Part shown: positions 1-13,184 of the stretch, one piece after another
Layout: each line of letters opens with the position of its first letter
How positions within the stretch are numbered: position 1 is the stretch's first letter
DNA from: the human T2T-CHM13v2.0 reference genome, Homo sapiens
Assembly: GCF_009914755.1 (NCBI RefSeq)
Contig: NC_060942.1
Reading direction: 5' to 3' (one strand)
DNA: 64,000 bases
Program-made: the position numbers and the translations under genes
Notes under the pieces: model-generated
The model's input: only the letters and a program-made list of their open reading frames with translations
The model's database searches: none
What the model was told of the DNA's origin: nothing

Positions 1-2250
1 CAACATATTTTAGGCTATAAAAATAAACTTTAATGAAGTATTAATGTCAATAGACTATAAGTTCTATGAAGGCAAATGAGTTTTGTCTGTTTATTCACCA
101 GGCTATCTGAAGAACAAAGACAAGTACCTACTGTGCAGTAGGTACTCAACGAATACTTGTAGTTTGAATGAATGCAATAATATTTTCAGACTCAAATCTG
201 TTCAAACAGATGCCAATAACAAAAACATAATGAAAATGAATATGAATAAATGTATAATTCTGAATGGCCAATGTCAAAAGAAGGAATCATAATAAAATAT
301 AAAAGTACAATACTAAAAATAAACTAATATTGAAAATATTACCCATTAAAATGATGGGAAGTAGTTAATGGATACCTAAGAAAAAATACGTTACCTCAAA
401 TATGAACATGAGAAAGAAAAAAGCTGATAGTGAACTAAAAGCCTAAAATTAAGAAAATAGAGAAAAATAAAATGAAATTAAATCCAACAAAGTAAAGTTA
501 AATCAAAAGTTGATTCTTTGAAATGACCAAAAATATACACAAAGCTTCTAATAATTAATAGGACTTATCAAAGAGAGAAGAGAAAATAAATTATAAATAA
601 TTGATTTTTAGAATGAAAATTTGACATACGTACATATCTAGCAAATATTCAATTTAATAGAATAATATAACAAATGCAGTCCAGTATATTAGAAAATGTC
701 CAACAAATTGAACTTAAAAATCAACCTCAAGAAGAATTTTAAAAGCTATCTTGGAACCTTAAATAAATTGATTTGGGAGTTCAAATTATTACTCTTGCGC
801 TAAACGTATACCTAAAGAAAACACTAGAATAAAATTGTTCTATAACAGTGGTCTGATAAACTTTCAAAGAACAGATCACTCTAATATAAAAACAAGACAG
901 AAACAAAATCTTTTAGAGAAAAAATAAAGAAAAGGACTACTACACAAAATTTTACATGAGGCCAGCATAACCTTGATGCCCAAACCGAAAAAGATACGAG
1001 GGAAAAACAGAAGTCACACCAAGGTGCAAATATCAAATCAGCAATTATAAAATAAATACACAATAGTCTTGTTGGTTTTATTGATGATTAGAAAGTATAT
1101 TATGATACAATACCATATTTATAAGTTACAATGGAAAAGACATGAGATTTTTATCAATAGATGAAAAAAAGCACGTTAATATTCAAACCTTAACCTTCGG
1201 TGAAAGACCTATACTTTGATAACTACAAAACGTGTTGATTAAACTTAAAGAAGACCTAAACAGGAGGAGAAATAGAACATGTTCATTGGCAAGAACAAAA
1301 TGTGACTTAAACAAATTTTTAAAAAGCATAATAAATTGAACTTCATAAAATTAAGAACTTCTGCTCTTTGAAAGACACTCTTAAGATAATGAACAGATAA
1401 AGTACACTAAAAATATTTGAAAGTCACATATCTCAAGAAAGACATATTCAGAAGATATAAATCATCTCAAAATTCGATAAACTTATTAAAAATAATGGAC
1501 AAATATTTTAACAGACACTTCCCCAAAGAAAATATAGAGAAGACGAAAAAAAGCACTTGAAAAAATGCTCAACATCATTATGATCTACAGCACAATGAGA
1601 TACTACTCCACACTTATTTGAATATCTAAAATTTAAAAGACTGACTATGCCAAGTGTGGGTGACAATATGGAGAAGATGGAAATCTTATCTACTGCTCAG
1701 AGGATTGTAAAAATTTTGAACGACTTTGGATAACAGTTTGCCAGCTTCTTAAAAAGTTAAACATACACAGACCATGTGATTCGGATATTGCACTCTTAGG
1801 CATTTACCCATGAAAAATAAAAGCATATATTCATACTAGAATTCTACACATATTTTTTGTAGCAGCTTTAGTAATAATAGCTAAAAACTGTAAACGATAC
1901 AAATGTTCATCAAGGGAATGGATGAACAAATTTTGGTTGGTGCAAAAATCTTCACAAAGGAGTGAATATTAACCAAGATGTTAACAGATGTAATTAAGAT
2001 ACAGAGATCAAGAGGAGAAATCTTTGCTGCAGTATCTGAGTAGGCCCTAAATGCAAGCACCTGTGTCCTCAATTTAAAAAGAAATTAAAAAGGAAACAAA
2101 AAAGTCCACCAAAGAGGAAATGTGTTAGAAAAACTTTGTCACGTAGATACCATTAAATATATAGTAATGAAAAGAAATGAATTTAAATAAAAACACACAA
2201 AAACCCCAGCCTGGATATATCTTAAAAACATAAAATTAGATTTTAAAAAT
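1..2250 (+). mobile_element. Ancient L1 (L1M/L1ME-type) ORF2 and 3' fragments, heavily decayed
   Basis: Recognisable ORF2 segments: aaaagttgattctttgaaa (~506), tgaggccagcataaccttgatgcccaaacc (~957), aaattgaacttcataaaattaagaacttctgctc (~1332), caaatgttcatcaagggaatggatgaac (~1900). A-rich sense strand. Confidence 0.85.
53..174 (+). mobile_element. L2 3' end inserted in the old L1
   Basis: gactataagttctatgaaggca...gtaggtactcaacgaatacttgtagtttgaatgaatg resembles the L2 3' terminus with its (gaat)n tail. Confidence 0.75.
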
Positions 2251-2264
2251 CAGTAAGAGAAGCC

Positions 2265-2745
2265 ATAGCAATCAGCTAATGCCACATTTTTGCTTTGCAA
2301 CAAACTACCCCCCAAACTGATGATTTATAACATCATTTATTCTGATGCTTTCAGGTATTCAGATTGATTGCCATATGGGTGATGAAGTCTGGGCTTGTCT
2401 GAGTCTCTGCTCTTTGAGTGCTGCACTTTCTGATGATGGCTACCGTTAGGGAGGTTAAGTCTGGGTCTGCTGCAACACCTCTGGTTCTGGGATCCAGATG
2501 GAAACAATAGCAACTACCTGGGCATGTTTTTGACATGGTCTATTATTATAGTCCATGAGTTAATGCAAGCCACACTACTAGCACATTCAAATTCCTTTCC
2601 TGCTTGCTTTGAGTTTGTTAACTTTCCATTGTTTAAAGTGCATCACATGGCCAAGGCCACAATCAGTGGTTTGAAAATGTATTTACACCACTATAGATCT
2701 TTGGAGCTCAGATCTTTGTTGATCAATAATCCAATCTACAGCAAA
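2265..2745 (-). mobile_element. Old MaLR (MLT1-family) solo LTR
   Basis: tgcaacaaactacccccaaact...catttattct and cacatggccaaggccacaatcagtgg are typical antisense MLT1 motifs. Confidence 0.65.
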
Positions 2746-3079
2746 CAATAATATTTATAATAATATTTTAATAAATCTACAAAAAAAGCCTAAGCAGTAC
2801 ATTGAATTGCTTAATAGTATTTACACACATGATAAAAACTTTTTAAAGGATTTTTGATAAAGTGATGTAGTGAAAAACACTAAATTTAGAATAGTAGTTA
2901 ATTCCATGTGCTTACAGTTAAAGGCACAGATATTAGTAATATTTTATTTCTTTATGTGATAGGATCAGTTATGTATTTTGTCATTATGCAATTTTTTAAT
3001 ATACATATTATTTTGTATGTATAAATATTATTGCATAATTTTAAAAGAAACACAAGGAGCAAAAGTTCTGGAAACACAG

Positions 3080-3255
3080 AAAAGTGAATCCTGGCTCTAT
3101 TTACTATGTGACACGAAGGAAGTAATTCACGCATGTGAGTTTCTTAAGACATTTATATAATGGAGGAACTTATACAAACACAAGAGATGTTGTCATAATT
3201 AAATGAGATAGCATATATAGATGACTTGGCACAAAGTAGATGCTCAATAAATAAC
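3080..3255 (+). mobile_element. MIR SINE
   Basis: gaatcctggctct...attaaatgagata...ttggcacaaagtagatgctcaataaat. Confidence 0.75.
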
Positions 3256-3277
3256 TCTTCTTTATTAAAAAATCTGT

Positions 3278-3910
3278 CTATATATATTCTCTCTATATAA
3301 CTGCATATTACTCTCTATAGATTATCTCTATATGTTACTATATATAACTATATAGTAATAGTAAATATTGCGATACTATATTTATTACATAGTAATTTAC
3401 TATACAATTACTGTAGTGTTATAGTATTAACTGTATAATTTACTATATAGTAATTAATATATATAGTATATGGTAGATATAGTGTATAGTATATATTATG
3501 TATAGTAAATAATATAGCACATTAGTAAATATATTGGTAATAGTAAATATATTTAATAACTGTTACTATATAGTAATAGTAAATACAATTAATAATTTAT
3601 ATATTACTATATAGTAATGGCAAATATATTTAATAACATACTATATAGTAATAGCAAATATATTTAATATATTCATATATTTAAATATATAAATAGTAAA
3701 TATATAATATAAATATAAAATATATAAATCGTAAATATATTTAACATATTACCATATATTACTTGATATATGGTAATATAGAGAGTAACAAATAGAGAGA
3801 ATATGGAATGAGTAATATATAGTAACATGTATAGGGAATATGCATGGGAAATACATAGATACTATATAGTATACTCTATATACTATATAGTAATATAAAA
3901 TATATTTTCT
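3278..3910. repeat. TA-rich degenerate minisatellite / low-complexity tract
   Basis: Recurring tactatatagtaat and gtaaatatatttaata units; almost entirely A/T. Confidence 0.9.
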
Positions 3911-3921
3911 ATACCTCTGTC

Positions 3922-3926
<5 letters not shown>

Positions 3927-3958
<32 letters not shown>

Positions 3959-4001
3959 AGAGGGGGAGACGGGAGAGAGAGAGAGAGAGAAAGAGAGAGA
4001 A
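3927..4001. repeat. (TG)n followed by (GA)n compound microsatellite
   Basis: Directly visible. Confidence 0.95.
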
Positions 4002-4299
4002 GCATATATATAGTTATTTTTCTCCACTGAGAGTATTTGTGCTATCACTACAATCAACAAAAGATACTCATTTAATTCCAGAAGAATGACACTTCTACCG
4101 ACGCTTCTCTCTAAAACTCTTCATATGCACAGCATATGACTCTAACAAACATACACAAATTGTGCATGTGGCTGATACAGAGTATAAATAATAAAATTCA
4201 AAAGAGAAAACTAAGAAATAGGATATTTACACAGAGGTAGCATGTGGAAACACACCAGTGGAGCAGTAAATGGAAGAAGGTGACAACCCACATGGCATG

Positions 4300-4502
4300 A
4301 TTCGAAGGACAGAGGAATGGATTTGGGGTGAGAGCCACGGTATGAGGCCCTCCTCTGCCACTTACTAGCTGAGAGAATGTAGCTCTAATCTGTTTAAATC
4401 CGCTTCCATAAGTGAAAAATAAAGTTAATAAAAATGTTCTCACAGGATAACTGTGAGTAACAGATAAAAGTTCAAACATGATATTGTAAAGTGTCTTGAC
4501 AT
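4300..4502 (+). mobile_element. MIR SINE
   Basis: ctctgccacttactagctg...ctcacaggataactgtgag...tgtaaagtgtct. Confidence 0.7.
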
Positions 4503-4980
4503 TAGAAAGAAACACTGTGATACTTCTGAAGCAAATACATACATGTGCTCTGTCCACAGCTGCTAAAGAGCAAGACCTCAGTCTATTTAATTGCTGAATT
4601 TTACCTCAAAATATGTTTAGAGCATAACGATAAATTTATGCAATTAAAACTGTAATATAAAGTTTTTTTATTATAATACTGTTTTATAAAACTGTGTGGT
4701 TATATAAATACATATATTCTTCTTGAGTGTGTACCAAATTATTGTAACTTTTTGGAAAGAACTTCCAAATGTCCAACACATGCATGGAAATGCACTAAAT
4801 ATCTGTGTTTTTTATTTTAGACTTTCCCTATAATTGCTAATAGAATTGAGAACCATATTTATCTCAGTATCTGCCCTAAAGTAGGCAAAAAAGTATTTGT
4901 TGAAAATATATAAATAAATCAAAATAAGAAAACATTCTGAAGTCCCTGGCTGAGAATTGTCTTCTTTTAAAAAAATCCTC

Positions 4981-5792
4981 TTTTTTTAAATTTTCTTATT
5001 ATTGGCATTCCTGCAGGAGTAAGGTGGTATAACATCATAGTTTTAATTTGCATTTCCCTGATCACTAGTGATGTTGAGCATAGATGCTGGTGTTGATGCT
5101 GTGGAAAGGGAACACTTCTAACCTGCTGGTGGCAATGTAAACTAGTACAATCACTGTGGCAAACAGTGTGGAGATTTCTTAAAGACATTAAAGATTTCTT
5201 AAAGAATTAAAAGTAAAAATACCATTTGATCCCACAATCCCACTATTGGGTATCTAGTAGAGGACAAGAAGTCATTATACATAAAAGATACTTGCATATG
5301 CATGCTTATAGAAGCACAATTCACGATTGCAAAAATATGGAACCATCTGAAAAGCCCATCAATCAACCAGTGGATAAAGAAATTGTGATATATATATCAT
5401 ATATATATATGCACACACACACAATGGAATACTACTGAGCCAACAGAAAGGAACAAATTAATGGCATTTACAGCAACCTGCATGGAACTGGAGACTATTA
5501 TTCTAAGTGGAGTAACTCAGGAATGCAAAACCAAACATTGTATGTTGTCTGTCATAAAAGGGGGCTAAGTTATGAGGATGCAAAGGTATAAGAATAATAC
5601 AATGGACTTTGGAGACTTGGAGGAAAGGGTGGGAGGGGGTGAGGCATAAAATACTACAAATTGGGTTCAGTGTATACTGTTCAGGTGATGGGTGCACCAA
5701 AATCTCACAAATCTCCACTAAAGAACTTACTCATGTAACCAAACACCAGCTGCTCCCCAAAAACCTATGGAAATAAAAACATTAAAAAAAAA
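4981..5792 (+). mobile_element. L1PB-type 3' end with 5' inversion (4981-5081 antisense, 5082-5792 sense)
   Basis: L1PB 3'UTR motif gtgcaccaaaatctcacaaatctccactaaagaacttactcatgtaacc and an A tail. The antisense part reads atgctcaacatcactagtgatcagggaaatgcaaat on the minus strand. Confidence 0.9.
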
Positions 5793-5959
5793 GATTTTTT
5801 TAAAAAAGGGCCTAGTACATAAAGTTATTGGTGACAATTAAATGAGATTTATTTTTTAAAAAAACCTCTATATATCAAAATACTTTTTAGTAATAGCAAA
5901 GGGATGTGCTCAAGTGAAGACACATTGATACAAGGTAAGTATCTGAGAATTCCAGATAA

Positions 5960-6035
5960 TTCGTGTTGGGACCAATATTCGAACCTACAAATTTTGGCTC
6001 TAAAACCCGTGTCCTAAAGCACTGGGGCATATACC
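5960..6035 (-). mobile_element. MIR 5' (tRNA-derived head) fragment
   Basis: Minus strand cacgggttttagagccaaaatttgtaggttcgaat resembles the MIR head with its B box. Confidence 0.55.
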
Positions 6036-7264
6036 CTTCTATGTGGGAGAATAAATTATATTGTGAAGGCTTTTCACATTTTTATTTATTCTAGTACATG
6101 GGAATGGTATTATATCTACAGAGGTCACAAAACCCTTGTGATAGAGTTGGGATGAGAATCCACAGTTTCTAATATAATCCAGTTCTCATTCCCATAAGAT
6201 TGTCTATGGATAGTTGGAGCTGCTAAAAAGTATTGTGTCAATATCTAAATTAACAATTTAGTTATAAGAACCATTATTATATTCAGCAGACCTGCAGTCT
6301 CCTGGTGGTTTTCTGAATTTGTGAGAGCTCTGAGCCATCTATTCTATAGGCCATATTCCTATCTCCAAACATGTCTCAAAAGCTTACAGCGTGATACCAT
6401 ACATAGCATAAAATATAGAATCCAGTTAATTATTTCTACTCTGAGCTTTTCTACTTTTCATATAATTGCTAAGAAAATAACTGAACACATGCTTGCATTT
6501 CTACTCACCAGATTTGACATAAAGAGCTCCATCAACACCAAAAATGTCACAGTATCAGTGTTCTCAATAGTTCCTGTCACATGTTTAGTATTTGGAAATA
6601 CTCTTCAAGTACACTTGTGAACACAATATGGAAAAGACGAGGTCAACACACAGGAGGACAACTAGTATGGGAAATTGAAGTGAAGCTCTATAATGTTGTG
6701 TTTAAGAGATATTTCAATGATCTAAGCCTGTATTAGTTTAAAAGCTTGTTGTAATGTTGCCCTTGGAATGTAAAGCACATAATTTTGCCAGCATCCTTTC
6801 TTTTCCCTCCTGTCAAACATTTCAAAGATTAGGGTCGTGTTGGCAGCTTAAAAGCCTCTGCCAAAGTTAACAGAATCTCTGTTTTTTCTTCAAAATTGTT
6901 CAAGCAAAAGATGCAGATCCTTGATAAGTGTCTTTATCTAATCCCAGCTTGCCTTATCACTATTGACTCTCTACTTTGTGGAGGAGTACATCAATTTCAA
7001 GACGACCTTAAATATACTGCACAAAAAGTACTTCATTGCTTTCTATTTTTGATCAGTGTTACACAAAAGATTGATGGACTCATTGAGGGGGTAAGTTTTG
7101 ATGATTATTTCTTAGCTCCTGTGCTTACAGAACATTCTGATCACAGCTCCCCACAGATTAGGTGAGGGTGAGAGAAAAGTGCTAATTTAGGTAAATTCTG
7201 CAGAGTTTGAAGAGACTGGAACCTGGAAAGAGCAGAGCAGATCCATTTAAGGAGCAGTACACTA

Positions 7265-7486
7265 CAGGATAAAGATTGCACACCTTGGAATAAGATAGAT
7301 TTTAGCTGAATTCCCAACTCTGTCACTTGTTAGCTCTGTGAACTTGGGCAAATTACTCAGGGCTTGTGAAGCTCAGTTTTCTCATTTGTAAATGCGATTA
7401 ATAATGGCAACCTCTTCAGAATTTCATAAAGATTAAATAAGAAATTCTGTGTAAATCCCTTAGCTCAGTGCTGGTCACATAGTAGG
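7265..7486 (+). mobile_element. MIR SINE (tail possibly resumes at ~12840-12878)
   Basis: ctgtgaacttgggcaaattact...ctcagttttctcatttgtaaatg...cagtgctggtcacatagtagg. Confidence 0.85.
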
Positions 7487-7726
7487 TATATTAATTAGAG
7501 TACAGTCTAAGCTGTTATGACAAAGATATTGAAAAATACAGTATCACAAACAGTTGATTACATATTTCTATTTCATATGACAGTCTGGTAAGCAAGAGGT
7601 CCAGGGAGGATAGGAAGCTCCGCTCAGTAGGTGATTCCAGGACAGACACAAATTCCTTTTATCTTGCTGCTTTGCTACCACCTCCAATATCATATTGCCT
7701 GCATGTTCAAAAGGTAGCCCTCAAAA
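7487..7726 (-). mobile_element. Old MLT1 (K/L-like) LTR, first half
   Basis: ctaagctgttatgacaaaga...ttccttttatcttgctgctttgctaccacc; continues after the provirus at ~12545. Confidence 0.6.
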
Positions 7727-7995
7727 TATATCAATCAAGGTCCCTGCAAGAAACATAGGATGGAATCCATCGACATATTTCAAATGAATTTGGAAATGGG
7801 ACAGTTTACAGCAGCAGGCACAGGGTTAAAGGAAACAAAAAGGATTTGGTAAAACCTAGGAGAAGGGGACCAGAGCAGAGAGCCTAGAGCAACTTGCCTG
7901 AAGGGACAAGCAAAGGGAGCATTTATGGAACCTGTGGGAGAGGGATGTTCAAAAGGAGCTGTCCAGAGGGAGCATTTAGGAAGATAGGCGGTCAT
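7727..7995 (-). mobile_element. ERVL-class LTR (LTR33/LTR41-like), 3' LTR of provirus
   Basis: Starts tatatcaatcaaggtccctgcaagaaaca and shares tatcaatcaaggtc with the copy at 12123. Confidence 0.6.
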
Positions 7996-8956
7996 TTTTC
8001 CTGAAGAAAAGACATATTCACAAAATGGACAACATAATAATTCCCATCAGCTATTGCATAATCACAGATCAATGTCAATTTGGCTACGCTCTGATCTGAC
8101 AATGAACTTCAGCTAATATCAGCACTTCTTATATAAGGTAAAGGGGAAAAAAAGGAAAATACAAAATGAGCTAATGTAATGCAAACAAAACTTCAATAGC
8201 CCCCCTCCGCATTCCATGTTTCCCTTACCCAAGTACCTTGGCTTGACTGGATTGTTTAACCCAAAACTTTATCGAATCAGTACCTTGTGGCTATTGGTTG
8301 GCCATGTTTTCCCATGGATTAAAACTACAGGACAAGAAATAACGAAGAGATTTCCTGGTGAATATTTTCTGTTCCACATCGTTTTCCTTGCCCCCACCAC
8401 TTTGCAACAACTCAATTTTCCTTCTGTGATTGAGATCAGACACTGCTACGGGCAGTGAAGAGACCACTGGTCTTCTGAGGAATGAGCTTAACAGGAGCAA
8501 CATGACCAAGGTCCAATCCCAGGTTACCATTGAACAAAACTACATTTATTGGTTAAAAACTTTTCTTCCTTGGGTACTACTAGGACCTTTATATGAATGG
8601 AGGTCTTAATAAAAGAAAGTAAAAATTCTCCCAGTATTTTATTTGGAACAATAGTGAGAGAGGCCACTTCCCATTTGGCCCCATTTGGGATAGAAAAGAA
8701 GGAAACCCTCCAAAGTATTGTCTACAAAATTATCCTACACCTGAGATTTCAGAAAGCAAATGCATCATTTTAAGAAGAGTTTTCTTCTGGGTGGCAGGGT
8801 ATGAGGAAAGGACAGTTAATACAATAGGAGTGAGCTCAATACCTCCTTTTCTCTATTGTAAAATGAATTATTTGCAAGAAGCTATGTTGCGTGTTGTGCT
8901 ATAGTGATGGTGACCGTTTTCAAAGACCTTAAATGATAATTATCCACCATCTTTGA

Positions 8957-9850
<894 letters not shown>

Positions 9851-10187
9851 TAAAAGAACACTAATCCCATCCTATGTGTGCCACATCATGACCTCACCTA
9901 AACCTAATTACCTCCCAAATGTCCTGCCTCCAAACCATCACATTGAGGATTAAGGCTTCAACATATGAATTTTAGGGGAAAACAAACATTCAGTCAATAA
10001 TAATTATCAATATAACAGATCAGCATGGAATATTACAGCTATCACTTGAAAGTCAACTGATTCTCATTTTCTTTAATGATGCAAATGGAGGACAAAATAG
10101 ATTTGGTGATTCTGACTTTCTCTAAAAATGACTATCTAGAACCACAGCGACCACAGCAACACCAGCAGATTAAGTTTGTTCTAATCT

Positions 10188-10358
10188 CTTGCTACTCAAA
10201 TTTGAATTGGCAATCAGTAGCACCTGCATCTGTCTCCTGGAAATGTGTTAGAAATGCAGAATCTGACAGGTCATCCTAGACTTATTTAATCAAAATGTGC
10301 CTTTTAACAAGATTATCTCTGGTGAGATTTATGTAGATTACAGTTTGGGAAGTACAGT
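10188..10358. mobile_element. MER5-family hAT-Charlie MITE
   Basis: ctactcaaa...gttagaaatgcagaatct...ttttaacaagat...agtttgggaagtac. Confidence 0.8.
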
Positions 10359-12119
10359 TACAAATTATAGTTTTTTTCTTAATTTTTTTAGGTGCATTTA
10401 GTTTGGGGGCCAGCCAATCAATTAAGTGAGGATTTTAGAGGAATCAACATTTCTGTATTTTTCATTACTTTGAAAAACATTCTAATCTCTGGAGTTCCCA
10501 CAGAAAGGTCATATTGCTTTTGGTTTACTAGATTGGTGTGGGTGTGGAAGACAGTTCCCGTATCTTAAACTTTTTCTTTACTGCCATGATAGACATAATT
10601 TCAACATTCAGAAACAAATATCTCCTAACTTATGTCACAGACTTTAGTAGTTTTCTTATCGATTTTATTTCTAAGAACTTTGGGACTAATTAGGTGTTAT
10701 TAAGAATGATGGTCAAATGCTTTGTATATCATGTAACCCTGTTGCTAATTGTCACCACTCTAACCCTGTAATCCACCTTGTGTCTGATTTTCAGTGCTAT
10801 AAAAAGGCCTTAACCTTCTTTATTTACCTCTTCCTTCCGCTGTTCTCATTCAGATTGATAACCTAAACTAATTGTGATATTCCCCATTTTCATCTCCAGA
10901 CTACACTAGACAGTCACCCCTGAATTTTTAAAAGATTCTGTTGTCCCCATCACCAAGCCATTTTTTACTGCTAGCTTTGATGACCAGAATGCCCTCCTGG
11001 CCCTCCCATTGGTTGTGGCTTAAAACCATCTTATTTTATACATAATAGATACACCATGATGTTCTCATGCGTGATCTAGGGTACTCTTTCATCTAGTATA
11101 TGCCAGGACAGTACTGATATTTGATCTTCATTGAATTTAGGCCAAACAATTAGTATCCTTATGGAAGGTAAATGCCACTCCCCAGGGCCGAAGCCAACAC
11201 TTTAAACCTAGAAACCTGAGGAAGTGCACCAATGTTAATAAACTCAAGATGATAATATCTTCTGTTTTGCATGTCTTCTCTAACACCTTCAGAATACAAT
11301 CTTACAATTGTCAGGTTTATGTTCATCAAAATTGACAATGTTATGCAACTCTTTCAGTATATTGGCTATTTTCTGCCAGATCTTGTACTTTTGCATTGGC
11401 AATAGGCTGGGCATTAACTCATGAGCTTGGAGAAAAATGACGATTTGTCAGGGTAGGTTATGGGGAGAATCCCTCTATAAGGCAACTGTAGTACAGTAAT
11501 TTAAAGATGATTTCAGGTAGTAAATTCAGGTTTCCTCAGACAGAGAGGGGCCAGAATGCTTCTACCAGTAAGGGAGTTTTACGTTATTTGAGGGTTCAGT
11601 TTCTCAGCTTCAAGTGTCCTCTACCCAATTTCAGGGTTTCAGTGTGTCTCCATCACTTCCTTTATCTAAGCATCAGAGACCTGGTGAGGATAAGCATTTA
11701 ACTTGGGCTGCAATTCTGCAACCCCTGAAATCCGACTGTGGGCCTGATCCTCAGTTTTATCTTCCTCATAGAGGTTTTCAGACTTTGCATCCTAGTTTGA
11801 GTTAGACTGACAAAGTCAACATTCATTTTAGGGTCAACAGAAGCAACCAGCTTATCCCACAATCCTTATATTGACTATGATCTCCTCAGCAACTAAGTGC
11901 CATGGCCACATGATCTCGAGATGCTTGACTTTCCATCCATCTGCATTTTTAATCCTATGATTGTGCATGATAATTTGAACAATTATTATGGCACTGGATG
12001 TCTCACACTATCTGTGTCCTTTTTCCTCTCAGCAAGGAGGACTGCAGATATGTGAGCAAACCTATCCCACAAACCTACTTAATGACCTGTTTTGTGGCGC
12101 AACTCTTAGTACTATGCAT

Positions 12120-12542
12120 TGTTATCAATCAAGGTCTCAGAAGGGGTGGAGGCACTCAACTGAACAAATGAAAAGAGTTTAATAAAGGAGCCGTTTATAA
12201 AGATATAGAGAGAGTTAAATGAACCTCAAAACAATAAAATCATTATCATGCCTAGAACTTAAAAGGAAAAAATATTTGGAATCCAAAAATCCAAGAAGAA
12301 TAGCTGCAGCTGCAGGACTAGACACAGTTCTCCAGGAAATACGGTCTTGAACAAGAGAACATAGCCTCGAAAACAGGAGAACCCATAAAAATACATCATT
12401 CTTTGCATGTACCAATCTTCCACTGACTGAACCAATTTGAAGCCAGAGCACCTGAGAGTCCATAACAGCCTGTTTCTGAGAGCACAGAACAACTGAATAG
12501 GGGAGAGTGGGTCTAGATGGGCAAAGAAATATCCAGCCTCTC
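12120..12542 (-). mobile_element. ERVL-class LTR (LTR33/LTR41-like), 5' LTR of provirus
   Basis: tatcaatcaaggtctcag...gcactcaa...gagtttaataaagg...aatatccagc; same orientation as the 7727 copy. Confidence 0.65.
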
Positions 12543-12544
12543 AA

Positions 12545-12828
12545 TTAATTCCATGATCCAGTCCATGAAAAAAAAAAAAAAAAAAGGGAGGCATACCAGA
12601 AGATAAGCAATGTACTTTTTTAAAAGTTTCAGAATGTGAGTACGTTGATTTCCTTTGAATCTCTTGGGTCAAAATTTAGGCACATGGCCACACCATCTGC
12701 AAGGAAGACTTAGAAATATAAATTCAAGCTGCATGGCCATATGCACAGCTAAAACTTGAAGGTTTATTTACTAAAATAAAGAAGAAGGGAATGAATATTG
12801 AGGGAAATTTAGTAGGTTTTGTCATAGC
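12545..12828 (-). mobile_element. Old MLT1 (K/L-like) LTR, second half
   Basis: cacatggccacaccatctgcaaggaagacttagaaat...gaagggaatgaatattg. Confidence 0.7.
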
Positions 12829-13184
12829 AGATGTCAAGGAAGGTCAATAATATTTATTATCATTAGTAGTATTAGTGGCAAAGGTAAAGCAAGGTTATAT
12901 GAATGGACTGTGATAGCATCCATAATGCAACAAAGATTTATTTACCATCCACCTTGTGTTCAGAACTATGAATTTGATAGAGGGCCATAGAGGGATGTCA
13001 TGCATAAAACTTACCTTGCTGGCACTGGTTGACTCCCCTTTCCAGGTCACTCTCTTCCAATCTTATAGATCACATCCTTGAGGACAAATAACAAAAAAGA
13101 GATAACTAAGTTATTAAAATATATTTTTCTGGCATAAAAAGGGAATGTAGTGTTGGGAGCAAAAGTAGTGGAATTCCACAGAAT

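Noticed and set aside
5891-5940. Perfect + strand donors AG/gtaagt (5934, also ~32270 and ~41575)
   Set aside because: No convincing paired acceptor; a few such motifs are expected by chance in 64 kb.
5968-6030. tRNA-like GGTTCGAA motif on the minus strand
   Set aside because: No cloverleaf; explained by the tRNA-derived head of MIR.
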